Below the pieces are notes generated by a model, which was not told where the DNA came from, searched no databases, and was given only the letters and a program-made list of their open reading frames with translations. A DNA stretch of 64,000 nucleotides from an uncultured Eubacteriales bacterium (GTDB lineage Bacteria > Bacillota > Clostridia > Oscillospirales > Acutalibacteraceae). Shown here one piece after another: positions 1 to 8,988 of the stretch. Position 1 is the first letter of the stretch. Each line of letters opens with the position of its first letter. Both the position numbers and the translations under genes were made by a program. The stretch is from positions 28,903 to 92,902 of the forward strand of contig CAYOSS010000001.1 in the NCBI GenBank assembly GCA_964406705.1, written 5' to 3'.

Positions 1-82
1 TATACGAGGATCTTGTAGCATTGGGTGTCGGCAAAGTCAGCGAGGGCAAGAACATTCCCGCTTTGAAGGAGGATTGGAATCT

Positions 83-3000
83 ATGAGTGAGAAAAAGCAA
101 AGCGGTTTGGAGAAGATTCCGTGGATTCGCCGGTATAAGTGGCCGGTGATCGGCGGCGCGGCGGGGGTAATCCTCATCGCGGCGGCGGTGGTGCTGATCG
201 TGCTCGCACCGTGGAAAAAGCCCGCCGGGAGCGATGAGGAGTTCCACTATTGGGACAACGGTGTCGTGATGGCGGAGTCCACCTGCACGTCGCAGGGCAT
301 AATCAAGTACACCTGCGGCATCTGCGGCCTGACCCGCCAGGAGTACCTCCCCCTGCTTCCCCACGAGGCGGACGGCGAGTACCTCCACGACGCCGACGAC
401 CATTGGCACATCTGCAAGAACTGCGGGCGGGTGTTCGACCTCGCGGCGCACAAGTGGAAAGAAGAGACCACTCCCGTCGCCCGCAAGACCGTCACCCGGA
501 CTCACATCTGCGAGTTCTGCGGGGCTAAAGTGCAGGTCACCGAGGACGGCGGCGAGGAGGGTCGCCACGTCGTCACCAGCGACGACTTCGCCACTCTTAC
601 CACTACCGGAAACGGCGACTACCTGTTTGTCCCCCGGCTCGACGGGGCGAATTTCACCGTCCGTAACCAATATGACCAGAAGATCGCCGTGGGCTGGGAG
701 AAGGACCGCATGGGCTACGCGCCCAAGTTGACCGTTCCCGCCGGCGCGGGTAAGATTGCCATAATTCCCGACGGGCTGCTCAAGAGCAAGGCCGAGCTTG
801 AAGCGCTGCTCCGGCAGGGACGCACGGAAATCCGCCTTCAGGCGTCGCTCGAGATAACGGGCGGCAAATGGTTCGGCGGCTCGCTCACCGTGGGCGCGGA
901 TTGGACCGACAACACGTGGTCCGCTGTTACCAACGCGGACGATCTCAAGAAAACCCCGGATGACAATGTCACCTTCCCCTTCACCGCGCGGTTCTCATTG
1001 GCGGATTTGATCGCCAACTACGACCGCGCGCTCAGCGAGGGCTTGTTCTACTTCCAGTTTAACCAGTGGAAGGACGACGTCTACACCATCGCTTTCACTG
1101 CCGTGGAGATTGTGACCGACCACGACTGGGCTCCCGATTGGAAGCGCGACGAGGAAAATCACTATCACCTCTGCCGGATTTGCGGCGCGACGAAGGATGT
1201 CGCGGCTCATACCCGCACCGACCTCACGCACTGCTCGGTTTGCGGCAACATCACCGTGGAACTTTTCACCCCGGACAGCAAGGAAAGCAATTTCGATGTG
1301 AAGTCCGGCGGCAACAAGGAGTACGGGTCCAAGGACCTGAACTCGAACGCCCTATTTAGCGCGAGTTTTCCGCAGGAGTACGGTACGGCTTCCATATTCA
1401 GCCCGGATATGGACTTTGTAAAGCTCCAGAAGCTGGAGGAGATGGGGTACACCGAGGTCGAGTTTCAGATTCAGCTGCGCGTCATAGGCGGCGCGTGGTA
1501 CGATCTCGGCAATTTTTCAATTACCGCGCCCTGGTCTCCGGGCGGCTACAGCGCCCCGAAAAACGCTCTCCCCAACTCGACGGGCCCTGTTACCGTTCGG
1601 TTCTCTCTAGCGAAGCTGTTGGAGAACGCCGATAAGATCAAGAACGGCGAACTGCCCCTATTCGTGGTCTATGTGCAAAATCACATTCCCGACGAGTGGG
1701 CGATGGACATCCTCACCCCTCTTCAGGCGACCGTCGACCACGAGTTTACCGACGATTGGGCCCAGGATAAGGACGCCCACTTCCACGCCTGCTCAATTTG
1801 CGGCGAGGAGCAGGAGGGCACCCGCGAGGCGCACAAGTTCGGCCCCGGCACCCCGCTCGACTGCGAGGTCTGCGGCAGGGTGCACCGCTACATCCTTGAG
1901 CCCGACAGCGTCGCCGGCCACTTGACCGACACCCCCGCGAACGATGTCCCCTCTATCGAGAGGGAGCAGTGGAAGGATACCCTTTACACCACGGCCTACC
2001 CGCCCAGCGAGAACGCGGAGCACACGGGGCAGTACCCGAACGGCACGGGCAAGGTGACTTTCAAAGCGAGCGCGTTCGATATGACCTTGGAGGAAGTCCG
2101 GGAGTTGATCGGGCAGGGCTTTAAGGAAGTCATATTCACCGTGCGCGGGCGCATCATTCCGCCGGACACGGATAAGTACGGCAAGTGGTACCCCGGCACA
2201 TACACAGTGACCTTCCCGTGGGGCAAGGGAAGCTGGAGCGCCCAGACCAACAATGTGTCCGGCGACCCAAACCAGAACAATACCCCCGTTTTCACCGTGA
2301 AATTCTCCCTGGCGGAGTTCGCCGAGCATTATGAGGAAGCGCTTTCCGGCGGGCTCTTTACCGTGTATTTCAACCAGTGCGTCGACGACTGGTGGGCGTT
2401 CGATATCCTCTCCGGGGTTGACGTCACCGTGGACCACGAGGACAGCGGCTGGCTCCAGGACGAGGAGCAGCATCACCGCGAGTGCATCGTCTGCGGCGAG
2501 ATCTTAGACGCTCCGCAGGATCACGTTTTCTCCGAGGACGACCCGCTAAACTGCGAGGTCTGCGGCAGGGTACACCGCTATCTCTTCACCCCGCAGAAGG
2601 ACGCCGGCAACCTGTCCGTTTCTTCCGCGACCGGCAAGTCCGCTTCTTACCACAATGTCTGGGGAGATACCCTGTTCGGGGCTTGTTGGGCGCCCGGCTC
2701 GGGAGATATTACCCTTAAGGCTAACGCGCTCAACTACAGTCTGGAGCAGTTAAAGGAGTTTCTCGCTAAAGGGTTCACGGAGGTCACCGTCACGGTGCGC
2801 GGGCGCATTGTGCCGCAGCCGGATGGACAGCCGGGTCACCCCTGGCACGGCGGTACATTCACTTTTAAGACCCCGTGGGGTAGCGCGTCTGTAGCTCAGG
2901 CTTCGAACCTTGACGGGAAGTCCGGGACGGACGACGATAACCGGACCGGTAATCTGCTTCTTCGGATGTCCCTCGCGGAGCTCGTCGCCAACTATGACAA

Positions 3001-5959
3001 GGCGCGAGACAACGGGTTGCTGTTAGCGAGCTTTGGGGCTCAGGTCGACACCTGGTGGGCGTTCGACATTCTGACGCCCTTCGAGGTCACCATAGACCAC
3101 AACTTTGATACCGGGCACTGGGCGCAGGACGACGACGGCCACTTCCACGCCTGCACCGTCTGCGGCGCGGAGCAGGAGGGCAGCCGCGAGGCTCACACGT
3201 TCGGCGACGATCCGCTCACCTGTGAGACATGCGGCAGGGTGCACAGGTATCTGTTCACGCCGAAGAAAGACGGAAGCAACATGACGGACTCCTCCGAGTT
3301 CGGTGTGCCCTTGATCGACAGGGGCATTTGGGAGGATACCCTTTACACCACGGCGTACCCGCCCAGCGAGAACGCGGAGCACACAGGGCAGTACCCGAAG
3401 GGAGCGGGCACGGTTACGTTCAAGGCGGCCGCGTTCGACAGAGACGCCGCCAACATCAAGAAGCTGCTTGATATGGGTTTCTCCGAGATAGTGTTTTCCG
3501 TGCGTGGGCGTATTATCCCGGCGGACGAGGGCAAGTACGGTATGTGGTACCCCGGGAGGTTCGTGGTGAGCTCGCCGTGGGGCACAAACGCCGTTATCAC
3601 CCAGACTGTCGCCGAGCCCAGTTCGCCCGATTATAACAACACGCCCGTATTTAAGGTGAGGCTCTCGCTTCAGGAGTTTTACGATCACTACGACGAGGCT
3701 CTGTCCGACGGCTTGTTCTCTGTGTTTTATAGTCGCGCGACCGACAACTGGTGGGCGTTCGATATCGTAAGCCCGTTCGAGATTACGGTAGATCACGACG
3801 ACTCGGCTTGGACGCAGGATCTCGACCGGCATTACCATAAGTGCTCCATCTGCGGCAAGGTCACGGGTACGCCCGAAAACCATAAGTTTGTCGACGGCAA
3901 CATCTTCAAGTGCGAGACCTGCGGCGACATCCATTATTATCTGCTCAACCCCGCTTGGGACGGCGGAAATATCGAATTCAACAAGACGTATACTAATTTC
4001 ACCTATGACGGGACTTCCGGCAACACGCCGTACAGCGCCCTCTTTGAACCCGGCGCCGTGGCCGGTGCCGTAGCGCTAAAGGGCAAGCCTTTGGGCTTAA
4101 CCGCCGACCAGCTGCAAAAGCTGCTCGACGCCGGAGCTACCGAGGTTACCGTGACGCTTAAGTCCAGAGTTTGCGGCGGAAAAGGCTGGGGCGGCAAACT
4201 TACCATCGCGAGCCCGTGGGGCAGCGGGTCTTGGACAGCTAATGTTACAAACGGCGGGGAACAAATCAAGATTCGCCTCCCGCTCTCGGAGCTGGTAGCG
4301 AATTACGATAAGGCGCAGACCGACGGCCTCCTGACGTTCTCTTATGATAATTCCGCCTGGGATCGGTGGACGGTTGACATTGTGAAGCCGTTCGAGGTCG
4401 TCGTTGACCATGACCCCGACACCGCCTGGCACCAGGACGAGGAAAACCACTACCATGTCTGCAAGGTTTGCGGCGCGCATACCGACGTCGCCCCGCACGA
4501 TATGGCGGACAACTTCTCCTGCAAGACCTGCGGCACCGTTCACCGCTACCTCTTCACTCCTCAGAAGGACGGGAGCAACCTGACGGTTACGTCGACGAGC
4601 GGCAAGGCTACATCCTTCGCGAACGGTTGGGGAGATTCCTACGTCACTGTACAGGTGGAACCCGACACCGGAGTTATCACTCTTAAGCCCAACGCCCTCG
4701 GTTACGACTTAGCCGCGCTGCAAGCTCTCAAGGAGAAGGGCTACTCGAGCGTTGATTTCAGCGTGAGGATACGCATTACGGGCGGATCTTGGTACGGCGG
4801 CACGATCAAGTATTCTTTCCCCTGGTCCGATACCAAGCGCGATATCGGCACCAAGGTTTCCGGGGAGAATACGGTTACCGACGTGATACGGATCAGTGTT
4901 CCGCTCGACGATCTTATCGCCAAATTCGACGCCGCTTCCGGGACGGGAATACTGAGCGCCCAGTATGTCACGACTGCCCAGAACGACAGCGCGCAGTGGC
5001 ATTTGGACGTTATGTCCCCCTTCGAGATCGTCCCGCCGCAGCCGGAGTTCAGCGACACCAAGGTTGTAAACGGTTCCGCCGGGCCCAACACCGATGTCGG
5101 CGCGGAGTACTCCATCGCGGCGAAGAACACCGAGCACCGTAAGGTGCACTACAGCCTCAACAACGCCGACTGGCAGGACACCCTCCCGAAGTTCGTCCTC
5201 CCCGGCAACTACACTGTCTACTGGAAGGTCGACGCGGACGGCACCCTTCCCGCCTATAGCGGGTCAAACAAGGTTTCGGTCAGGTATTTCCTGCACGATC
5301 TCGACTCAATCACGGGCGTTAAGGGTACATTCGACCTCGGAACGGGCGGATCCGGCAAATCCGAAGGGTCTTCCCAATTTGGCGGGGATATCAGTAGAAA
5401 CGATCGCCACTTCCTGCTGCATTGCCCGCTGCGCACGAAGCCGAAGTCCATTAAATTCTACGCGCCGCTCTTGGTATCAAAAGAGGCGCTGCAAAAGTTA
5501 GCCGATGCGGGCGCTACGAGCATAGCCGTCACTCTGACGGATACGGGTATGCAAGGCGGGCCCGGTTGGGGGTTAAACGGTAAAGCCGGCGCACAGTGGA
5601 CAGCCACCGTCAATGACGTTGTCAGCGCCAACAAGCCGACAAAGGTTACTTTCCCGCTCGCCGATCTGATCGCCCACTATGATGAGATTAAATCCGGCAG
5701 TATGGCGCTCTTCACCTTCGATTACAGCGTGAACATCAAGGACAACGGCTTTATCTACTGGGCCGACCACGTGGACACGGCTGTGACATTTGACATCGAT
5801 ATCAGGGATATAATTGTCGATGACGCGCCTGCCGCCGCGGCGGACGAGGAGGGTGAGGCGCCCGCCAAAGCGCCGTTGAAGGCCAGTGAGACGGGTCTGC
5901 CGGCTTTCTTCCGCAAGATATTTACCTTCTTCCGCAAGCTGTTCGGGCTGGCGAAATAA
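83..5959 (+). CDS. Giant membrane-anchored repeat protein (about 1958 aa), probably cell-surface; no family recognised
   Basis: Track ORF is 74..5959. The TTG at 74 abuts the SD GAAGGAGG (65-72), so the ATG at 83 is preferred. An N-terminal hydrophobic helix WPVIGGAAGVILIAAAVVLIVLAPW follows. There are 8 copies of a ~170 aa domain with conserved motifs (F/L)(S/P)L(A/S)(D/E)L(I/V)A(N/H)YD and G(F/Y)(T/S)E(V/I)xFxVRxRI. These alternate with His/Cys knuckles HxHxCxxCG...CxxCGxxHxY. The C-terminal tail is FFRKIFTFFRKLFGLAK. Confidence 0.8.
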   Translation: MSEKKQSGLEKIPWIRRYKWPVIGGAAGVILIAAAVVLIVLAPWKKPAGSDEEFHYWDNGVVMAESTCTSQGIIKYTCGICGLTRQEYLPLLPHEADGEYLHDADDHWHICKNCGRVFDLAAHKWKEETTPVARKTVTRTHICEFCGAKVQVTEDGGEEGRHVVTSDDFATLTTTGNGDYLFVPRLDGANFTVRNQYDQKIAVGWEKDRMGYAPKLTVPAGAGKIAIIPDGLLKSKAELEALLRQGRTEIRLQASLEITGGKWFGGSLTVGADWTDNTWSAVTNADDLKKTPDDNVTFPFTARFSLADLIANYDRALSEGLFYFQFNQWKDDVYTIAFTAVEIVTDHDWAPDWKRDEENHYHLCRICGATKDVAAHTRTDLTHCSVCGNITVELFTPDSKESNFDVKSGGNKEYGSKDLNSNALFSASFPQEYGTASIFSPDMDFVKLQKLEEMGYTEVEFQIQLRVIGGAWYDLGNFSITAPWSPGGYSAPKNALPNSTGPVTVRFSLAKLLENADKIKNGELPLFVVYVQNHIPDEWAMDILTPLQATVDHEFTDDWAQDKDAHFHACSICGEEQEGTREAHKFGPGTPLDCEVCGRVHRYILEPDSVAGHLTDTPANDVPSIEREQWKDTLYTTAYPPSENAEHTGQYPNGTGKVTFKASAFDMTLEEVRELIGQGFKEVIFTVRGRIIPPDTDKYGKWYPGTYTVTFPWGKGSWSAQTNNVSGDPNQNNTPVFTVKFSLAEFAEHYEEALSGGLFTVYFNQCVDDWWAFDILSGVDVTVDHEDSGWLQDEEQHHRECIVCGEILDAPQDHVFSEDDPLNCEVCGRVHRYLFTPQKDAGNLSVSSATGKSASYHNVWGDTLFGACWAPGSGDITLKANALNYSLEQLKEFLAKGFTEVTVTVRGRIVPQPDGQPGHPWHGGTFTFKTPWGSASVAQASNLDGKSGTDDDNRTGNLLLRMSLAELVANYDKARDNGLLLASFGAQVDTWWAFDILTPFEVTIDHNFDTGHWAQDDDGHFHACTVCGAEQEGSREAHTFGDDPLTCETCGRVHRYLFTPKKDGSNMTDSSEFGVPLIDRGIWEDTLYTTAYPPSENAEHTGQYPKGAGTVTFKAAAFDRDAANIKKLLDMGFSEIVFSVRGRIIPADEGKYGMWYPGRFVVSSPWGTNAVITQTVAEPSSPDYNNTPVFKVRLSLQEFYDHYDEALSDGLFSVFYSRATDNWWAFDIVSPFEITVDHDDSAWTQDLDRHYHKCSICGKVTGTPENHKFVDGNIFKCETCGDIHYYLLNPAWDGGNIEFNKTYTNFTYDGTSGNTPYSALFEPGAVAGAVALKGKPLGLTADQLQKLLDAGATEVTVTLKSRVCGGKGWGGKLTIASPWGSGSWTANVTNGGEQIKIRLPLSELVANYDKAQTDGLLTFSYDNSAWDRWTVDIVKPFEVVVDHDPDTAWHQDEENHYHVCKVCGAHTDVAPHDMADNFSCKTCGTVHRYLFTPQKDGSNLTVTSTSGKATSFANGWGDSYVTVQVEPDTGVITLKPNALGYDLAALQALKEKGYSSVDFSVRIRITGGSWYGGTIKYSFPWSDTKRDIGTKVSGENTVTDVIRISVPLDDLIAKFDAASGTGILSAQYVTTAQNDSAQWHLDVMSPFEIVPPQPEFSDTKVVNGSAGPNTDVGAEYSIAAKNTEHRKVHYSLNNADWQDTLPKFVLPGNYTVYWKVDADGTLPAYSGSNKVSVRYFLHDLDSITGVKGTFDLGTGGSGKSEGSSQFGGDISRNDRHFLLHCPLRTKPKSIKFYAPLLVSKEALQKLADAGATSIAVTLTDTGMQGGPGWGLNGKAGAQWTATVNDVVSANKPTKVTFPLADLIAHYDEIKSGSMALFTFDYSVNIKDNGFIYWADHVDTAVTFDIDIRDIIVDDAPAAAADEEGEAPAKAPLKASETGLPAFFRKIFTFFRKLFGLAK
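1114..5040 (+). repeat. Six tandem intragenic modules of 620-700 nt (Zn-knuckle linker plus ~170 aa domain) inside the giant CDS
   Basis: The HxHxCxxCG codon blocks recur at about 1160, 1778, 2471, 3140, 3830 and 4449. Module starts (V/I)(T/V/I)DH(D/E/N) lie at about 1114, 1732, 2427, 3087, 3787 and 4399. Non-adjacent modules share near-identical stretches (1971-2040 vs 3331-3399; 1861-1895 vs 2551-2587). Confidence 0.85.
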
Positions 5960-6003
5960 CCCGAGCGAGCCGCCAGTAAAGCGGCAACTTAATCCGGCAC
6001 CGA

Positions 6004-6040
6004 GCCGCCGTGGGGCAAAACCCCGCGGCGGCTTTTCCTT
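6004..6040 (+). terminator. Rho-independent terminator after the giant gene
   Basis: GCCGCCGTGGGG-caaaa-CCCCGCGGCGGC followed by TTTTCCTT. A second, weaker hairpin AGGGGGG-accact-CCCCCCT plus aaaTTTTT lies at 6069-6096. Confidence 0.7.
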
Positions 6041-6127
6041 GCCCCACGAGAGGCGCCTTTTATTGCCGAGGGGGGACCACTCCCCCCTAAATTTTTGAAA
6101 AAATCGCGTTTTTGCCCCTTTTCCCCC

Positions 6128-6156
6128 TTGCATTTTGCGCCCCGGGTTATTATAAT
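6128..6156 (+). promoter_or_regulatory. Sigma-A type promoter of the oxidoreductase/TIM-barrel operon
   Basis: TTGCAT (6128-6133), exactly 17 nt, TATAAT (6151-6156), about 30 nt upstream of the first ATG. Confidence 0.65.
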
Positions 6157-6186
6157 AATGGTATCAACAGGTAGGAGGAGTCAGTT

Positions 6187-7239
6187 ATGAAGATTGCGGT
6201 TATCGGCTGTGGGAATATCGCGAACGCCCTGCATATCCCCTGCTATATGAACAACCCCGACGCGGAAATCAAGTATTTCTGCGATATTCGGCCCGAGCGG
6301 GCGAAGGCGGCCGTGGAGAAGTACGGCTGCGGCACCGCCGTGGCGGACTATCACGATATTTTGGACGACCCCGAGGTGGAGGCGGTGTCCGTCTGCACCC
6401 CCAACAATATGCACGCCCCCATCTCGATGGACTTTCTCCGGGCGGGCAAGCACGTTCTTTGCGAGAAGCCGGCGGCGCGGGTCTACTCCGAAGCTTTGGA
6501 GATGCAGAAAGTCCAGCACGAGACGGGCAAAATCCTCAACATCGGCGTGTGCATGCGCTTCGACGACACGGTGAACAAGGTTAAGGAGTACATCGACTCG
6601 GGAGAACTGGGCGAGGTCTACCACGTGTATATAAGCTTCCGCTCCCACCGCTCCATCCCCGGGATCGGGGGAGATTTTACCACCAAGGCGGTCGCGGGAG
6701 GCGGCGCGCTGATCGACTGGGGCGTGCATTTCCTCGATATAGTGATGTACTGCTGCGGGGATCCGACTCCCCTTACGGTGACGGGCGAGACGTTCTGCAA
6801 GTTGGGCAAGGATATAGGCGGCTACGTTTACAAGGATATGTGGGCCGGTCCGCCCAAGCTCGACGGCACATACGACGTTGACGACTCCGTGACGGGGCTT
6901 ATCCGCACGTCGGGGCCGGTTATCACGCTGAACGGCGCCTGGGCGCAGAACATCGGCGAGCGGGAGATGTACATCGACTTCATAGGCGACAAGGGCGGCA
7001 TCCGTATGATTTACGGCGAGGACTTTACCGTGTATACCACGAAGAACGGCGCCCTCATCTCCTACAAGCCTGACTTCAACATCGGCGACCGCGGTCAGCA
7101 CGAGATCGACGCCTTTGTGGATTGCGTGAAGACCGGCAAGAAGCTTCCCTCTCACATTGACACGGTCATTAAAACGGCCAAAATGATGCAGGCCATTTAC
7201 GATTCGGCTGATTCCCACCGCGAAATCGTGCTACAGTAA
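6187..7239 (+). CDS. Gfo/Idh/MocA family NAD(P)-dependent oxidoreductase
   Basis: N-terminal Rossmann motif MKIAVIGCGNIANALH and the EKP motif (HVLCEKPAA). SD AGGAGG at 6173-6178. The mirror antisense ORF 6181..7218 has no motifs. Confidence 0.85.
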   Translation: MKIAVIGCGNIANALHIPCYMNNPDAEIKYFCDIRPERAKAAVEKYGCGTAVADYHDILDDPEVEAVSVCTPNNMHAPISMDFLRAGKHVLCEKPAARVYSEALEMQKVQHETGKILNIGVCMRFDDTVNKVKEYIDSGELGEVYHVYISFRSHRSIPGIGGDFTTKAVAGGGALIDWGVHFLDIVMYCCGDPTPLTVTGETFCKLGKDIGGYVYKDMWAGPPKLDGTYDVDDSVTGLIRTSGPVITLNGAWAQNIGEREMYIDFIGDKGGIRMIYGEDFTVYTTKNGALISYKPDFNIGDRGQHEIDAFVDCVKTGKKLPSHIDTVIKTAKMMQAIYDSADSHREIVLQ

Positions 7240-7253
7240 GGAGCGCCGGGATT

Positions 7254-8108
7254 ATGAAAATCGGATTTATCGATTACTATCTGGACGAGTGGCACGCGAA
7301 CAATTACCCCGCGTGGATCAAGGAGCACTCCGGCGGAGAGATCACCGTTGACTACGCTTGGGGGAAAATTCCCAGCCCTCTCACTAACGTCACCACCGAC
7401 GACTGGTGCGAGAAATACGGCGTCAAGCAATGCCGCACCATAGAGGAGGTTATAGAGAAGAGCGACGCGCTCGTGGTCCTCTCCCCGGATAATTGCGAGA
7501 TGCACGAGGATCTCTGCGCCCTGCCTCTACGCTCCGGCAAGCGGGTATATGTCGACAAGACTTTCGCCCCGGACGCCGCCTCCGCCCGCCGCATATTTAC
7601 CGTGGCGGAGGAGTACGGCACTCCCTGCTGGTCCGCGTCGGCACTGCGCTACGCCGAGGAGTACTCTGTCATTAACCCCGACGACGTGCGCTCTGTGAGC
7701 TTATGGGGGCCCAATGGCTACGACAACTACGCCATACATCAGTTGGAGCCTCTTATGATGCTGATGAACGGGCACCCGATCCGCGTGATGACCGCCGGGA
7801 GCGAGTCGGATCTGCTCAATATCCTCGTGGAGTTTGAGGACGGGCGGGTCGCCACCGCGTCTCTCTTCCGCAACGGGTCCCCCTTCATCACCAACGTCGC
7901 GATGGACGCCCCGCGCGAGAACAGGCTGCTCGAGATCAAGTCCGACTACTTCTCCGCGTTTATCGACCAGTTGGTGGATTTCTTCTTCACCGGCGAGGAG
8001 AAAGTCCCCCACGCCGAGACCATCGAGATTATGGCGGTGCGTGAGGCGGGGCTTAAGGCCATGAAGTCCCCGCGCAGCTGGATCAGGCTCGATTCCTTGC
8101 AGAGATAG
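7254..8108 (+). CDS. Divergent Gfo/Idh/MocA-like protein lacking the canonical GxGxxG and EKP motifs
   Basis: The N-terminus is MKIGFIDYYLDEWHANNYP where GxGxxG is expected, and VYVDKTFAPD replaces EKP. Length and position match the family fold. It lies 14 nt after the preceding stop. Confidence 0.55.
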   Translation: MKIGFIDYYLDEWHANNYPAWIKEHSGGEITVDYAWGKIPSPLTNVTTDDWCEKYGVKQCRTIEEVIEKSDALVVLSPDNCEMHEDLCALPLRSGKRVYVDKTFAPDAASARRIFTVAEEYGTPCWSASALRYAEEYSVINPDDVRSVSLWGPNGYDNYAIHQLEPLMMLMNGHPIRVMTAGSESDLLNILVEFEDGRVATASLFRNGSPFITNVAMDAPRENRLLEIKSDYFSAFIDQLVDFFFTGEEKVPHAETIEIMAVREAGLKAMKSPRSWIRLDSLQR

Positions 8109-8119
8109 GGGGAGCGGCT

Positions 8120-8974
8120 TTGGGCAAGTTTTCGCTGGGCGTAATCGCGGACAGTCTGCGGCTGCCTTTTCGTGAGTCGCTTGAGAAGTGCGCCGCCCTC
8201 GGAGCGGACGGGGTCCAGCTTTACGCCGTGTCGGGCGAGATGGCGCCGGAGGCCCTCTCCGCCGCGGACCGCGCGGAGAAGCGGCGGGTAATCGAGGGGC
8301 TGGGGCTTAAAGTCTCGGCTCTTTGCGGGGATTTGGGCGGTCATGGCTTCGCCGACCCCGAGGCGAACCCCGCCAAGGTGGAGCGCTCCAAGAGGATCGT
8401 TGACCTGGCGCTGGATCTCGGCACTAATATAGTCACCACGCATATAGGCGTTGTCCCGGAGGACGAGAACAGCAAGACCTATTCCGTGATGTTGTCCGCG
8501 TGTGATGAGCTGGCGTCATACGCGCACTCGGTGGGGGCTTACTTCGCCATTGAGACGGGCCCCGAGCCGGCCGTGCGGCTGCGGAAGTTCCTCGACAGCC
8601 TTACCACAAAGGGCGTCGCGGTGAACCTCGACCCCGCGAACCTCGTTATGGTCGCGGGGGACGATCCCGTCGTCGCAGTCCGCACCCTGAAGGATTACAT
8701 AGTTCACACCCACGCCAAGGACGGCGTTATGCTACGGCGCACCGACCCCGTGAAGATCTACGGCTCGTTCGCGGGCGACGACTACGGCATCAACCCGGAC
8801 GACTATTTCCGCGAGGTACCGCTCGGCACCGGGAGCGTCGACTTCCCCGCGTATCTTGCCGCGTTAGAGGAGATAGGCTACCATGGGTTCCTCACCGTCG
8901 AGCGCGAGGTTGGGGATGACCCCGCCGGAGATATCGGGCTCGCCCTCGATTTTCTCCGCAAGCTTACAGCTTAA
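8120..8974 (+). CDS. Sugar phosphate isomerase/epimerase (xylose-isomerase-like TIM barrel, AP_endonuc_2 fold)
   Basis: TTG start. Family-typical blocks are present: IVTTHIG, YFAIETGPE, NLDPANL, HTHAKDG, VPLGTGSVDF and GYHGFLTVERE. Confidence 0.8.
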   Translation: MGKFSLGVIADSLRLPFRESLEKCAALGADGVQLYAVSGEMAPEALSAADRAEKRRVIEGLGLKVSALCGDLGGHGFADPEANPAKVERSKRIVDLALDLGTNIVTTHIGVVPEDENSKTYSVMLSACDELASYAHSVGAYFAIETGPEPAVRLRKFLDSLTTKGVAVNLDPANLVMVAGDDPVVAVRTLKDYIVHTHAKDGVMLRRTDPVKIYGSFAGDDYGINPDDYFREVPLGTGSVDFPAYLAALEEIGYHGFLTVEREVGDDPAGDIGLALDFLRKLTA

Positions 8975-8988
8975 TGTAGGAGGAGCAT

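Noticed and set aside
1793-3934. Antisense ORFs 1793..2476 and 3023..3934 inside the giant gene resemble each other
   Set aside because: The similarity is the reverse-strand shadow of the sense-strand module repeats, not evidence of an independent gene family.
6181-7218. A 345-aa antisense ORF almost exactly mirroring the first oxidoreductase gene
   Set aside because: The + strand frame carries clear Rossmann (VIGCGNIA) and EKP motifs and an SD. The antisense product is Arg/Gly/His-rich with no motif. Long mirror ORFs are expected in GC-rich DNA with GC3-biased codons.
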